From NCBI RefSeq assembly GCF_018350175.1, contig NC_058368.1, positions 130,078,001 through 130,142,000 of the forward strand: a stretch of DNA of 64,000 bases, written 5' to 3'. The notes beneath the pieces are model-generated. The model was not told where the DNA came from, did no database searches, and worked only from the letters and a program-made list of their open reading frames with translations. Origin of the DNA: Felis catus. Taxonomy: Eukaryota. A program made the translations under genes and the position numbers. This document shows, in pieces, positions 52,391 through 64,000 of the stretch (the first letter of the stretch is position 1; every line of letters begins with the position of its first letter).

Positions 52391-52431
52391 TATCCATGAA
52401 TATCCATGAATGACTCTTCTGTGTCAGAAAG

Positions 52432-52791
52432 TGCTAAGGTCTGAATATTTGTGTCTCCCCATTCGTATGTTGACCCTAACCTCCAAAGGTGATGGTAATA
52501 GGAGGCGAGATCTTTGGGAGATGCTTAGTTTTGAGGGTAGAGCCCTCATGAGTAGGATTAATGTTTTTATGAAAGAGTGTTAAGAGAGAGGTCTCCTTGT
52601 ATCCTCACAAGGATACCACCACTTTGTGAGGATACAAGAAGTCTGTGACCTGGAGGAGGGCTCTCGCCTGGCCATCCTGACACCCTGACATCAGACTTCC
52701 AGCCTGTGGAACTGTGAGCAATAAATTTCTGTTGCTTATAAGCTGCCCAGTCTGAGGTATTTTGTTACAGCAGTCTGAATACACTGCAACA
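52432..52791 (+). mobile_element. MaLR solo LTR (MLT1A-like)
   Basis: tgctaaggtctgaatatttgtgtc...cagacttccagcct...aataaatttctgttg...ttttgttacagcag. Confidence 0.88.
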
Positions 52792-53059
52792 GGGAGCTTT
52801 GAACCACATTTTGAAAGTGAAAGAGGGTAGTCAGCCCTTCCCTTTGCTGTGTTAGACAGTCCAGGAAGCACTGTCTGTTCATAGCCCTTTCTCAAATGAG
52901 TGATCCCAGGTGGTTATTCTTGTAGAAAGTGGCTTTGCTTTGTGCTGAGTGACTTTGCCATTTGATCCCAGCAGACCCAAGCTGGGAGAGCTCATTCAGG
53001 CCCTTAGCACCTAGTACCTTCTTCACATTGATGAGTCTCATAATCGTATCTCTGTGTTA

Positions 53060-54035
53060 GACTGTTGTCTGGATGAGACCTCTCTGTCTTTGTGTCTACA
53101 CATCAGGTGCCTAGTGGAAATCTTCATGTCAGTGTCCTGTAGGCTTCTGAAGTTCAACATGTTGAAACCTGAACTCATGATCTCTGTCCTCATACCTGCT
53201 CCTCTTTCTTGATGGTTAGTCTTTATAAATGACATAGCTGTTCACTCAGTAGTCTGTAGCTAGATGCCCTAGTGTCATGTTTGACTTCCTTTTCTCCCTC
53301 ACCCTAGCAATCAATCAATTGCCCCACGTCACTGAGAGAACCTCCCAGTAATCTTCCACAAGCATCTACTTCCTCCTCTGTACACTTCCCCCTACGCCAA
53401 GTCCACCCCCATCCACCGTCTTCTGTGTTTCTTACCTGGCGTCCCTGCCTCCACTCTTCCTCTTCTCTCATCTTCCTCTCAACAGCCAGACAGGGTGATC
53501 TTCCTTAATTGTAAGAATTTTAGTGTGATCCTGTCACTTTTGTGCCTCACACCCTTGAATGGCTCCCTTGGTGTGTACTGTTGACTGCATTTGACTGCAT
53601 TCTTAGCTTTCCCGAATCCCCAGTCACACTGCATGCTCCAGCCCCACCAAACTTATCTCATGTGCTTTTTTGTCGAGGCCAGGAACTTAATTGTGTATGG
53701 GCATTGTATATTTTGTTCTTCCTGCATTAGGAACACCACCTTCCAAAACATGTATAAATGCACATTGGGCCATTTTGATGTCACTTCTTCTATGACCCAC
53801 CAAGTCTGGGGTAGGTATCCTTCTAATGTGCTTAAGAGCACCATGTCTTTCTCAGACTGTTGTATTTATTTTTTGTTTTGTATTTTTCATGTTTGCTTCC
53901 TCCCCTTCCCTGCTATAAGCTCTTTGAAAGCAGGGGTCTTGTTTATTCTATTCAGTATTCTGTTTTTTTCCCTGGCGCTTGGGCAAAGGACAAGCACATA
54001 GTAAATGTTCAGTTAATATTGAAATCGTTGATTGA
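53060..54035 (+). mobile_element. L2 fragment including 3' end
   Basis: tcaacatgttgaaacctgaactcatgatc; ends taagctctttgaaagcagggg...cacatagtaaatgttcagttaatattg. Confidence 0.75.
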
Positions 54036-56054
54036 AAGGCCACCTTACATAGGCTGAACTAGTAGGAAGTTAAGTTCCAGACGTGCATGGTGTTCTGTAT
54101 TTGACTTGATCAAACCTTTTTTCTTTAAAAATAGAAATTTGAGAGCAATCGATAAAGCAGCTGGGAGCTATGGACTGTTGTTTCTGATGGAATGGGCTCC
54201 CAGAGCTGCTGCTGGACCTGGACCATGACAAACTTTGGTTCCAGTTCTTGGTGATACTTCTTCTTTCTTGTAATGTGAACATTGGGCCTCAGAGTGACTC
54301 TTTGGTGGATGAGGTGTTTTCTCCTGCCTTCTCACTCTTCACCTATCCCTATACTATACTTCCTCAGTAGGCTATAACTGAGGCCTATGTACTTTTACTT
54401 TTGGAAAAGAGTCTAACTGAATATACTTATATCTATGTTTGTTTTCTTTTACCTTTATTTAAATAACGTCCATTGTTACCTAGTTGCACACCTTAATGAT
54501 ACTGATGAACACCTCCGTGATATCTCTATCTCCAGGTATCTGCTGTCAGTGCTTAACAGTATACTGACTCCTGAAATTATTCCAAACGTTTTGTTTTGTT
54601 TTGCTTTTTTTTGGAAAACCCAGTATTCTATGATTCGTCTTTGCCTATCTTTTCTGTTCTCTCAATGCCTTGACAAATATTCTTTTCTTGGCTCTTTTTT
54701 ATTTTCAGCTGGTTTTCACTTCACTCTGGATGAGATAAATTTTTCTTCCTACCCTCTTGACTGCAGATAAGATACCTCAAATTGACTGGCACTCCTGGAT
54801 TCAGTAGTTCTTCTCCTCCTCCAATCTGCCTTGTTTTGTATCAGGAATGTTCTGAAGAGACATGTATATTATAGCCACGATGGTTGTGCTGTGGCTGATG
54901 GAAATATGCCAGCAGATATAATTTATCAACATACTGTTTATTACAAAGTGTGTAAAACTCACCTGCTTTATGGTGACTACACAAAATAGACAAAGCAAGA
55001 TGTTCTTAGATGATATCTGGGTTTCCCTGTGGCCCCAACCTTTCCACCTGCTGATAGCTCCACCTGCACAGAGTGAGGATCCCTACCAGGTACAAGAAAC
55101 TCACCTGGCACCCTTCCAGGAATGTTTATATTCTCTGGGCCTCTGTTGGCTGTCCTGGAGACTCAGGCTATCCACCTGTCTGCTAACGACTTGCAGCAAC
55201 CCGTGCAAAGCAATCTCACACTAGTCCTGGATGGTCACTGCAAAAGTAAATTCTCTAGGTTACCTGTCCGCTAGCAAGACCAGGGCTTCGTGTCTGCCTG
55301 TGATCTTTTTCTGCAAGTTAGTTTCATTGTTCTCTTTTATGTTACACCAATGGAGTCAATAAAAAAGCAGAATATTTCAACCCAGAAGCCAGAGAAAATA
55401 TTACAGGTCTGCAGAAGCTAACCCCTGAAAAAGCTTAAGGTCATATTCTCTGGAACTTTTATTCTCTGGAAGCCCTTTCTGCAGGACACCTTTATTGTTT
55501 TCAACCAGACTTGGAGTATCCACTGCTGGTGATAGAGATAATCATTAGAGACTTCTATAAATAAAAAGGAGAACAAACTGGCCAAGGACAGCCATGTGGC
55601 AGATTGAAGTTGATGTCCATAAAATACCTAGTTTTGTGCTTGCCACGCAAATTCTCTAGTCACAATTATGCTATTATTATTCCTCTGACCCTCCACCCAC
55701 CGGTAACAATGATAAACCACAAATGACAGAGTCACATGACAAATGCTGTTTCTGCTCCTTGAGAAGGCTATCTCACTGTCAATGTGGTTGAATGAATGTT
55801 TTCTACGCTCAGGCTGCAACTATGGTAGATGATATGTGGGTAGCACTTAGAAAGTTCTTTCATCAGTGTGCTAGGGTCAAAACCCCGTTGTTGTCCACAT
55901 GGAACCATTACCATTATGCTGGAGACTGACATTTTTATTTTCTAGAGAATGGCATTGATGTTCTGTTACTCTAAGACCTATGGCATGGGCTTAGTCTTGT
56001 GGATATTTTGTCTCTTCTACTGCTTAAAATCTTTCCCCTCTTCCTAAAAGCATC

Positions 56055-56415
56055 ATGGTGGGTTCATTACCTTGTTGCCCCTGGAAGTAGCCTGGTGGGA
56101 CTATAGTCAGGTACACTGGCCTTGACTAGCCAAGAGAAGGAATTGGACCCATGTTAGACCAATTGCATGTTCCTTCCACGGACTAAGAATCTTAAATAGA
56201 GGAACAAAGAGACCATATGTGTTTGGAATCCACGTATCCCATTGCAGACAGGCCTTGGTTAAGGATCAACCCTGACTCCCTCCTTCTCAGCTTCTGGAGC
56301 AGTTGGGTTCTGCTTGTTTCTAAGTCTTTTCTCCAGTTTTTTGGTCACCTTCTAATAAACACATTCTTTTTTGCTGGGCAGCCAGTTTCTGTGGCCTGCA
56401 ACCAAAAAAATCAAG
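56055..56415 (+). mobile_element. Old MaLR LTR (MLT1J/K-like)
   Basis: aataaacacattctttttt...gccagtttctgtggcctgcaacc 3' motif. Confidence 0.45.
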
Positions 56416-56561
56416 CTGTTCTAAAGACCTGCCTGAGTTACAGGCTTGAAGCCCAGAGTATACCCCCCAGTCTGCCTGTAAGCACAGGCGGTATGAGAGA
56501 AAAGTACACACTGTCTCATACTCTAGGCTTCAGAAGTGACAAGGGTAAGTGAAGTTTCTCA

Positions 56562-56653
56562 TTTTTTTAAGCTTATTTATTTTTTTAGAGAGAGAGTGCA
56601 CATGTGTGTGCAAGCAGGTGAGGGGCAGAAGAGAGAGGGAGAGAGAGAATCCC
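56562..56653 (-). mobile_element. CanSINE 3' half only
   Basis: T tail and AG tract, truncated at gagaatccc. Confidence 0.85.
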
Positions 56654-56658
56654 TGGGA

Positions 56659-58308
56659 GAAAAAGATGCCATTGAGCAACTAGATAGCAGTGTTTCCGTT
56701 ACTGATATTTAAAGTCATTCTACACCATAACCTTCCTTTCTCTTGTCTCCCTCACACCAGCCATGAAGCTTTTCAAAGGTAAGTGCAAGTTCATTTTTTA
56801 ATTTTTCTTCATATTTATATGTTCTTTATTATTTTGTATTATAAATATTACAGTATTGTAATCATTTTTATATAAATATTTTGGGATTGTGGAATGAGAG
56901 GAGGGTTATTGTGTAGGACGACTTCCACTATCACTAACAGAATCACTGCTGTCTGTTGGCTCAATGGAACCTTTTTTTTGCATTCACTTTTGACAAGGAA
57001 CCTATCCAATGACACTTGCTTTTGCCTCCTTTTGAGTATTTTGTGGAAATGTGACATTGCATTGTCATTAAACATTTTGATTGCTTGCACTACTGCAGCC
57101 TTATTCGGGTGATGCTTTTCTACAAAATTTTGCCCTGTTTCCCACATTTTGTACATCTCCCTAGTCTCATTTGAGGTGAGGGATTATTCTGCCTTTTTCT
57201 CCCCCTCCTCTGCAGATGAGATGCAGATGTAGACTTCTTATAAAATCTTGCTATTGTGGCCACTCGCATACCTCATTTGTACTTATCAAAGATTTCCTTC
57301 TTCCACCATAATCATTTCCTTCTTCTACTACCCTTCTCTTCAAAACTTTTTCTACATGGGGACCGTTGTATACGCTCATGTGGATGTTGACTATAGTACA
57401 GTATTAATTAACCCTTGTCATATACTATATTTAATGAAATTGGCAATAAGCAGAGGAAAGGGTCTATATCTTCAGGCAGCCTGACCTAGAATGAAGCAAA
57501 GCATTCCAAGCTTACTCTTGTATGGAAAAGCAAAGGGCTGTCCATAGGTGCTTTGACGTGACAAAAAATACACTTGTGCCAGTTGTGGGCACCTTCCAGT
57601 GTTCTAAAAAATCATTGATTTCTGCCAAACACCATGGCCTGAGACCGAGCATCCAAGCCTGGGAGATGATCATCCACAATCCTACAGTGAGGGAAGGAGA
57701 GAAAAAAAACCATTGGCTCAGTTGTGATCATGTGACATTCAGCATCAGATACTACTAGTGTTGCAAGACATCGCTTGTTTATCAAGTTAAAATTTATGGG
57801 GTGCCTGGGTGGCTCAGTCAATTAAGCATTTGAATTGGGCTCAGGTCATCATCTCGCAGTCTATAAATTTGAAGCCCGTGTTGGGCTCTGTGCTGACAGC
57901 TCAGTGCCTGGGGCCTGCCTTGGATTCTATCTCCCTCTCTCTCTCTGCCCCACCCCTCTCACACTCTGTTCCCCTCATCCTTCAGAAATAAACATTAAAA
58001 AGTTTTTAAGGGGTGCCTCGGTGGCTCAGTTGGTTAAGTGCCTGACTTTGGCTCAGGTGATGATCTCACAGTTTGTGGGTTCGAGCCCCACATTGGGCTC
58101 TGTGCTGACAGCTCGGAGCCTGGAGCCTGCTTTGGATTCTGTGTCTCCCTCTCTCTCACTCCCACTTACTCACTCTCTGTCTCTCTCTCTGTCAAAAATA
58201 AATGAAACATTAAAAAAATTTTTTTTAAATAAAAAAATTTATTAGAAAATTTTCTGGTCTTATGGAGCACTCACAGAACAAGTTTCTCACAATCCAAGGT
58301 TTTACCAT
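56659..58308 (-). mobile_element. Carnivore pogo/Tigger transposon with transposase remnants; 56659-56895 is in the opposite orientation
   Basis: ORF 56848-57156 WETGQNFVEKHHPNK...LKRRQKQVSLDRF resembles a pogo/Tigger C-terminus; terminus ccaaggttttacc near 58295-58307. Confidence 0.8.
57798..58232 (+). mobile_element. Two tandem CanSINEs (57798-58008, 58010-58232) inside the Tigger
   Basis: Two ggggtgcct heads; outer TSD aaaatttat. Confidence 0.95.
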
Positions 58309-58309
58309 A

Positions 58310-58758
58310 TATGTCCATTATTGGGTGGATGGATGGATATATACACGCAAACACACACACACATACATACACACATAGAACCTACATACATACACATACA
58401 CACAATGAAACATTATCCAGCCATGAAAAAGAAGCACATCTCCTGCCATTCATGACTTGTATGAAATTTGAGGACATTATGCTAACTGAAGTAGGTCAGA
58501 GAGAGAGAGGGAGATAAATACTGTATTATCTCACTTATATGTTGAATCTAAAAAAGTTGAACTTACAGATCCAAAGAGTAGAATGCGGTTCTCTTGTGCA
58601 AGAGGTAGAGTGGTTAGGGGATAGAAAGATGGTGGTCAAAGGGTACAAATTTCTGGTTATAAGATGAAGAAATCCCAGATATCTAATGTACATCTGGGTG
58701 ACTGTAGTTAATAATTCTGTGTTGTAAAGTTGCTGAGAATAGATCTTAAGTGTTCTCA

Positions 58759-58800
<42 letters not shown>

Positions 58801-58928
58801 CTATGTGAGGTGATGGATATATTCATTAACTTGATTGCATTTCACTGTGTATACTTATATTAAATCACATTATATACCTTAAATATATCTAATTTTTATC
58901 TATCATAACTTGATAAAGTTGGAAAAAT
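58310..58928 (+). mobile_element. Old L1MA-like 3' end with (CA)n
   Basis: ttgaggacattatgctaactgaa...gggtacaaatttctggttataagatga...gtgttctcaccac. Confidence 0.85.
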
Positions 58929-58956
58929 ACGTAGCAAGGCCTACAAAAAATTTTAG

Positions 58957-59160
58957 AGCTATGACTATCCTACATAGCAGCCATAAACACATGTAGCTGT
59001 TTACATCTAAATTAATTAAAATTAAAACAGTGAAAAAAATTGTTCACTTAGTTTCATTAGCTTGTTTGAAGTTCTCAGTAGCTGCAAGTGTTCACCATAT
59101 TGGACAGCACAGATAGAGAACATTTTCATCATGGTAGAAAGTTCTATTGGACAGTTCTGT
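58957..59160. mobile_element. MER3-like hAT MITE
   Basis: catattggacagcacagatagagaacattttcatcat...agaaagttctattggacag. Confidence 0.8.
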
Positions 59161-59240
59161 TTTAGAGATGGAAATTTGATGAACGAACAGCAACTGAGTC
59201 AAGGTTTAGGTTTCTTTGCTCTGTCAAGTGCCCGCATGCG

Positions 59241-59665
59241 TGTAGTGGGTTGAATCATGGCTCCTCAAAAGATACGACTACCCGTAATTCACAGAACTTG
59301 TGAATATGAGCTCATTGGGAAATGGAGCTTTGCATATACAGTAAGTTAAGGATCATAAGATGAGATTGTCCTAGATTATTGGGTGGACCCTAAGTCCAGT
59401 GATAAGTATCCTTGTAAGAGAGGAGAACAGGAGGTTATGTGAAAATGGAGGTAGAAACTGGTGTTAGGGGGCTATGAGTGAAGAAATGCCTGGAGCTAAC
59501 AGGGGCTGGAAGAGGCAAGGGAGGATCCCCCGCTGGAGGGGGGCACTCTGCCAACCCCTCAATTTTTGATTTCTGGCCTTCAGAACTGTGAGGGAATACA
59601 TTATTGTTGATTTAAGCTATCAAGTTTATGATGACTTTTTACAATAGCTGTAGGAAACTAATACA
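59241..59665 (+). mobile_element. MaLR solo LTR (MLT1C/D-like)
   Basis: tgtagtgggttgaatcatgg...taggaaactaataca. Confidence 0.88.
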
Positions 59666-60337
59666 TGGGGAAAGTCACGAAGCCTAAATGTTTCCTAAAT
59701 GAAGACTTTGACTAGAAAGGTTCCAGATGGGGAAAAACTAGGCATGTATGAGGGTAGGCTATGTGCCTTTCTGTGAGTGACTGATAGTAAGACTTTAATC
59801 CCAAAAGGGGAATTTGTTAGCATAATAAAATGGTGTTTCACGGGCGATAAGGTTATTAGAGCTGAAGTGTTTTACATGGGGGCAGTTAGCCTAAACTGTG
59901 GCTACTATAAATTTCCCTCACCACAACCACCCTCAGTGCCAGGATCATCACATCTGTCTTGTTCTTGAGGCCAGAGGCATAGTTGGTATTATCTCAACTG
60001 TGAATTGGGGCACCAACTGGCCTCCTCTCCTCAGTACTTGGTTCCCTGAATGTTTATTTCTCCCTTGGGAGTTTTAGAGAAATTTTGTGTTGTGCCTGGT
60101 CCCTTCTTTGCACCCTGCTCTGTTCCCACCTGCTTGGCCAGCCTCTTAGTTCCTGATAGGTTTCTTCCCTCACTCTGCCCAGAACAGAAAGATTGCCACA
60201 CCCATCCCGAGGAGCATCCTTAGCTTGTAGGGGACCCACATGGTGGGTGGCCCATTGATCTGTCTCCCTTTTTCAGGCCTCTTGGCCCTTCAGAACTCCT
60301 GATTCTTCTAGGGATGATCTTTTAGGAAAGAGTCTGA

Positions 60338-62340
60338 GTTTTATGAGCCCCAAAGATTTTATAATTTTGGGAGCACTGGTTGAGAAAAAGAATTCAAACT
60401 TGCAAATACAGATTGAAGTATGAAAGTCAGTTTTTACTTAGAACGTAAAAATAAATCACATCAGAGTACTGTTATAAAAAATATGGTAGGTAGCATAAAC
60501 ATATAAAATCAGAAAAATAGCTTAGATTTTAAAAATGTATTACTTGTTAACATAATAATATTTTCAGTGTTATTATTTTCCACATCTTGAGGCTGCGTAT
60601 CCTTTGATTTCTTCTTCACGTGATATTAAGTTTGTGATACCATTTCTATAGAGAGCATAGACAGAAAGTTCAATCTTTTTTCTAGCATGTTGCTTAAAAG
60701 TTTTTCTGTTATTGATGATTTCAAGAAGTTTTTTAACTTAACAGCTTACTGATAATATACATTTTTAGTATTGTCAAATGTGAGAAACTAGTTTCACATG
60801 TGAACTTTTATAAACATACTTGATATTTAATATGTTACTATCAATTTCTACCCTATAAATACAGGAATAGTATAGATTCTGTGTAGCGTATTTCCCAATA
60901 AAAAATTAAAAATAAGTTATAATTTCATGAATTGAATCATTGAATATATTCCTAATATGAGAAAAATTCCTTTGGCCCATATGTCAAAATTCCTATGGAC
61001 CATGAGAGCCCAATCTTCTGTTTTATAATTTTATGTTTTATAATTGGAAAAGTTTTCTTCTAACTTTGAGCTTCTTGCAGTCCTTATTTATTCTCCATTA
61101 CCCACATACTTCTAGCACTGTGTGCTATAGAACCCATTTCTATAGTAATATGACCTCTCGTCCCACATCTTTATGCTCCGGTGCTGGGGTGACCAGCACA
61201 ATGGCAGTAGGAATATCCATCCTGGAAGCTGTTCCTATGCTGCCCCTGCTAGCAGTAATTTAACTGCACGTGGAAGTGGCTGTGAACTGCATAACTACAT
61301 CCCATTACAGTTAAACAAAATATCTTTCCAACTCAACTTCTTCTCTTAGCTGGATCCCAAAATAACTCAGCCACTTCAACACCACTGTGCTGTAAGGATT
61401 GATGAAGATTGCTGTTTCTTTCCACTTCAACATCTGCATGAAGAAGACATTGGAGTGGAAAGGAGTCATGTTATTATCAACCAATACAACAATAGCCAAA
61501 TTATGGAAAGAGTCTAAATGTCCATCGATTGATAAATGGATAAAGAAATTGTGGTTTATATACACAATGGAATACTACGTGGCAATGAGAAAGAATGAAA
61601 TACAGCCTTTTGTAGCAACGTGGATGGCACTGGAGAGGGTTATGCTAAGTGAAATAAGTCATACAGAGAAAGACAGATACCATGTGTTTTCACTCCTATG
61701 TGGATCCTGAGAAACTTAACAGAAGACCATGGGGGAGGGGAAGGAAAGAAAAAGGTTAGAGAGGGAGGGAGCCAAAACGTAAGAGACTCTTAAAAACTCT
61801 TAAAAACAAACTGAGGGTTGACAGGGGTGGGGGATGGGCATTGAGGAGGGCACCTGTTGGGATGAACACTGGGTGTTGTATGGAAACCAATCTGATAATA
61901 AATTTAATAAAAAAAATATTTTGCTTTTGCCAATTTTACCAAAATGTATAATCTTGTGACATTGGCAGCATACCTCCCACTGCAAGTGAGAACCTTAAAA
62001 CTTCGAGTTCATTACCCTCACAGCAAATCTGCTTCTGCTAAATACTTTTTGTGTCTCTGCAGGGCCAGCGTTCACAGAACAAATGGATTAATACACTTCT
62101 CTGGAGAACAAGCATAAGTCAGGGAATTATAAGTGCAGTGACCCAAGAGAGACGTTTTCTTATTAGGATCTTTTCCTCCACCTGGCATAGGTTCAGTTCA
62201 TACCTTACATCCTCTTTCAAACTGGATGAATGCCACAGTTTTGACTGTAAAGAAAACCTAAGGGAAGAGTGAAAATCAAGGTGGTTTAATGAATAACATT
62301 TAAAAAAAACTGCACTAGCTCTTAGATTTGTCTTCCCAAA
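60338..62340. mobile_element. Ancient hAT-Tip100 (Zaphod-like) fossil interrupted by an L1
   Basis: Start ttttatgagccccaaagattttataattttggg...aagaattcaaa...aaataca resembles a Tip100-family end; right boundary uncertain. Confidence 0.5.
61488..61916 (+). mobile_element. 5'-truncated cat-type L1
   Basis: TIAKLWKESKCPSIDKWIKKLW...DRYHVFSLLCGS; aataaa and A tail. Confidence 0.95.
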
Positions 62341-62456
62341 CATCATCTGGCCCCATTCTGACATACATCATTTTACCTAGCATGCTTCCTCCCATTATTT
62401 TTGACCATATAGTTCTGTTTTTGTCTCAAAGTGTGGTGCAAGGCTGCATGGTTAAT

Positions 62457-62980
62457 TTTTTTTTCATAAAATTTTTTTAATGTTTATTTATTTTTCAGAG
62501 TAAGAGAGCCAGAGTGTGAGGGGGGAAGGGGCAGAGTGAGGGAGACACAGAATCCAAAACAGGCTCCAGACTCTGAGCTGTTAGCACAGAGCCTGACGCG
62601 GGGCTCGAACACGTGAACTGTGAGATCATGACCTGAGCCAAAGTAGGATGCTTAAAGGTTGAGCCATCCAGGCATTCCTTAAAAAAATTTTTTTTAAAAT
62701 GTTTGTTTATTTTTGAGAGACAGAGACCAGGTGCGGGTGGGGGACGGGCAGAGGGAGACACAGAATCTGAAGGTTGATTAAAAAATTTGTTTTAAACATT
62801 TATTTATTTTTGAGAGAGGCAGGGGAGGGGCAGCGAGAGAGGAGGAGAGAGAATCCCAAGGAGGCTCTGTGCTGTGAGTGCAGAACCCAATGCAGGGCTC
62901 AAACTCATGAATTGTGAGATCATGACCTGAGCCAAAATCAAGAGTGAGACGCTTAACCAACTGAGCCACCCAGGTGCCCC
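62457..62980 (-). mobile_element. Cluster of three CanSINEs (62457-62678, partial 62685-62772, 62780-62980)
   Basis: Three T tails; the third is flanked by TSD tgaaggttgatt. Confidence 0.93.
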
Positions 62981-63711
62981 TGAAGGTTGATTTTAAACCA
63001 GCTATCAAAGAAGACTCTGTCATGCTTTTGCTTTGTGTATCAGTACACAGAGGAATACATTAGTGAACAGGGACTATAAACAAGTTTTGATGTTTTATCT
63101 CATCAGAAAATGGTCACTTGGTTGGGTCAAGTGAGATTTCTGGTACTGCCCAGATCCCAGATTCCATGATTCTGTGAATCCAAGGGGCTATATAAGCCTG
63201 TGGTTCCAGTTTACATATTCAGTTATTGAGAGTTATGGAAAGACTCATTCACTTATGGGGCCATTTGGCTCAGGATTTTAGCTGTACTTGGTCTGGGGTG
63301 CACGAATAGAACATCTCTTCTCTTATTTGAAGGAAAAAGATATTGTCTGCTGTGTTGGGCCTCTGTGACCATGTTGGGGAGGGTTAGAATAACACAGAGC
63401 CCCTCCCTGTGCTCCAGAAGGTAGTTAAACTCAGGTAGCAAAAGAGAGGCAAAGAAAAACCAAGTCTTGGAAGTTTCTGAGAGTGAAAGCCCACTGACTG
63501 TTCCCTCGGGGTGTGATATGAAGTAAGTCACTAATCTTCAAGGCTCAATGTGTAATGGGAGTTGTTGTGAGAAGTAAGTAAATACAAGGGAGGGGATGAG
63601 AAGATACTAGTCCAAGCTCATGTTTATTCTTTTACATTTCAGTTTGGACATGAGGAAGATAAACTGAAAGTTGGTGGGGATGTTGGATTAAAGTTATGTG
63701 TACATACATCG

Positions 63712-63749
63712 GTATATATATAAATATATGAATATGTGTGTATATATGG

Positions 63750-63790
<41 letters not shown>
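63712..63790. repeat. TA-rich stretch plus (CA)n microsatellite
   Basis: Directly visible. Confidence 0.95.
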
Positions 63791-63795
<5 letters not shown>

Positions 63796-64000
63796 GGAGT
63801 TATCTGTGGGCCCCAAGTGATTCTACAGTGTCAAGAAGAACAATTCAATGAATGCCCCCTTACAGTCTTTTCTCTGTGACCCTGAGAATAGAGAATATTG
63901 ACAGCATCTGACTGTGAAAGTACCTTTCACTTTCTGGTGCCACCAGAAATGCTGGATTTTTTGGATATAGATTTGGGACCCTGAACATCTCTCCTGTGTT

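Noticed and set aside
1..64000. CRISPR array, operon or prokaryotic defence system
   Set aside because: The sequence is mammalian; there is no repeat-spacer array or gene-dense region

Overview
Repeat-rich mammalian DNA, almost certainly carnivore and probably felid: it carries about 24 tRNA-derived CanSINEs, cat-type L1 3' ends, carnivore Tigger elements and ancient MaLR, MIR, L2 and hAT fossils. I can support no host protein-coding exon, RNA gene or CRISPR array, so the window reads as intronic or intergenic. Repeat subfamily names are from memory of consensus sequences and need a RepeatMasker/Dfam check. The best signal is a roughly 6.8 kb minus-strand L1 insertion (14012-20795) whose 15-bp target-site duplication encloses the L1, about 430 bp of unique sequence and a second short L1 tail. 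This is the expected structure of an L1 3' transduction. The same L1 lacks about 1.25 kb of C-terminal ORF2. Other points of interest are a fold-back Tigger with diverged inverted arms, a candidate recursive splice site (AG|GTAAGA at 48725), candidate non-coding exons, a CACCTG cluster, a 5'-inverted L1 with an AAAAG/AAGGC tail, and a 15-bp hairpin in an LTR.
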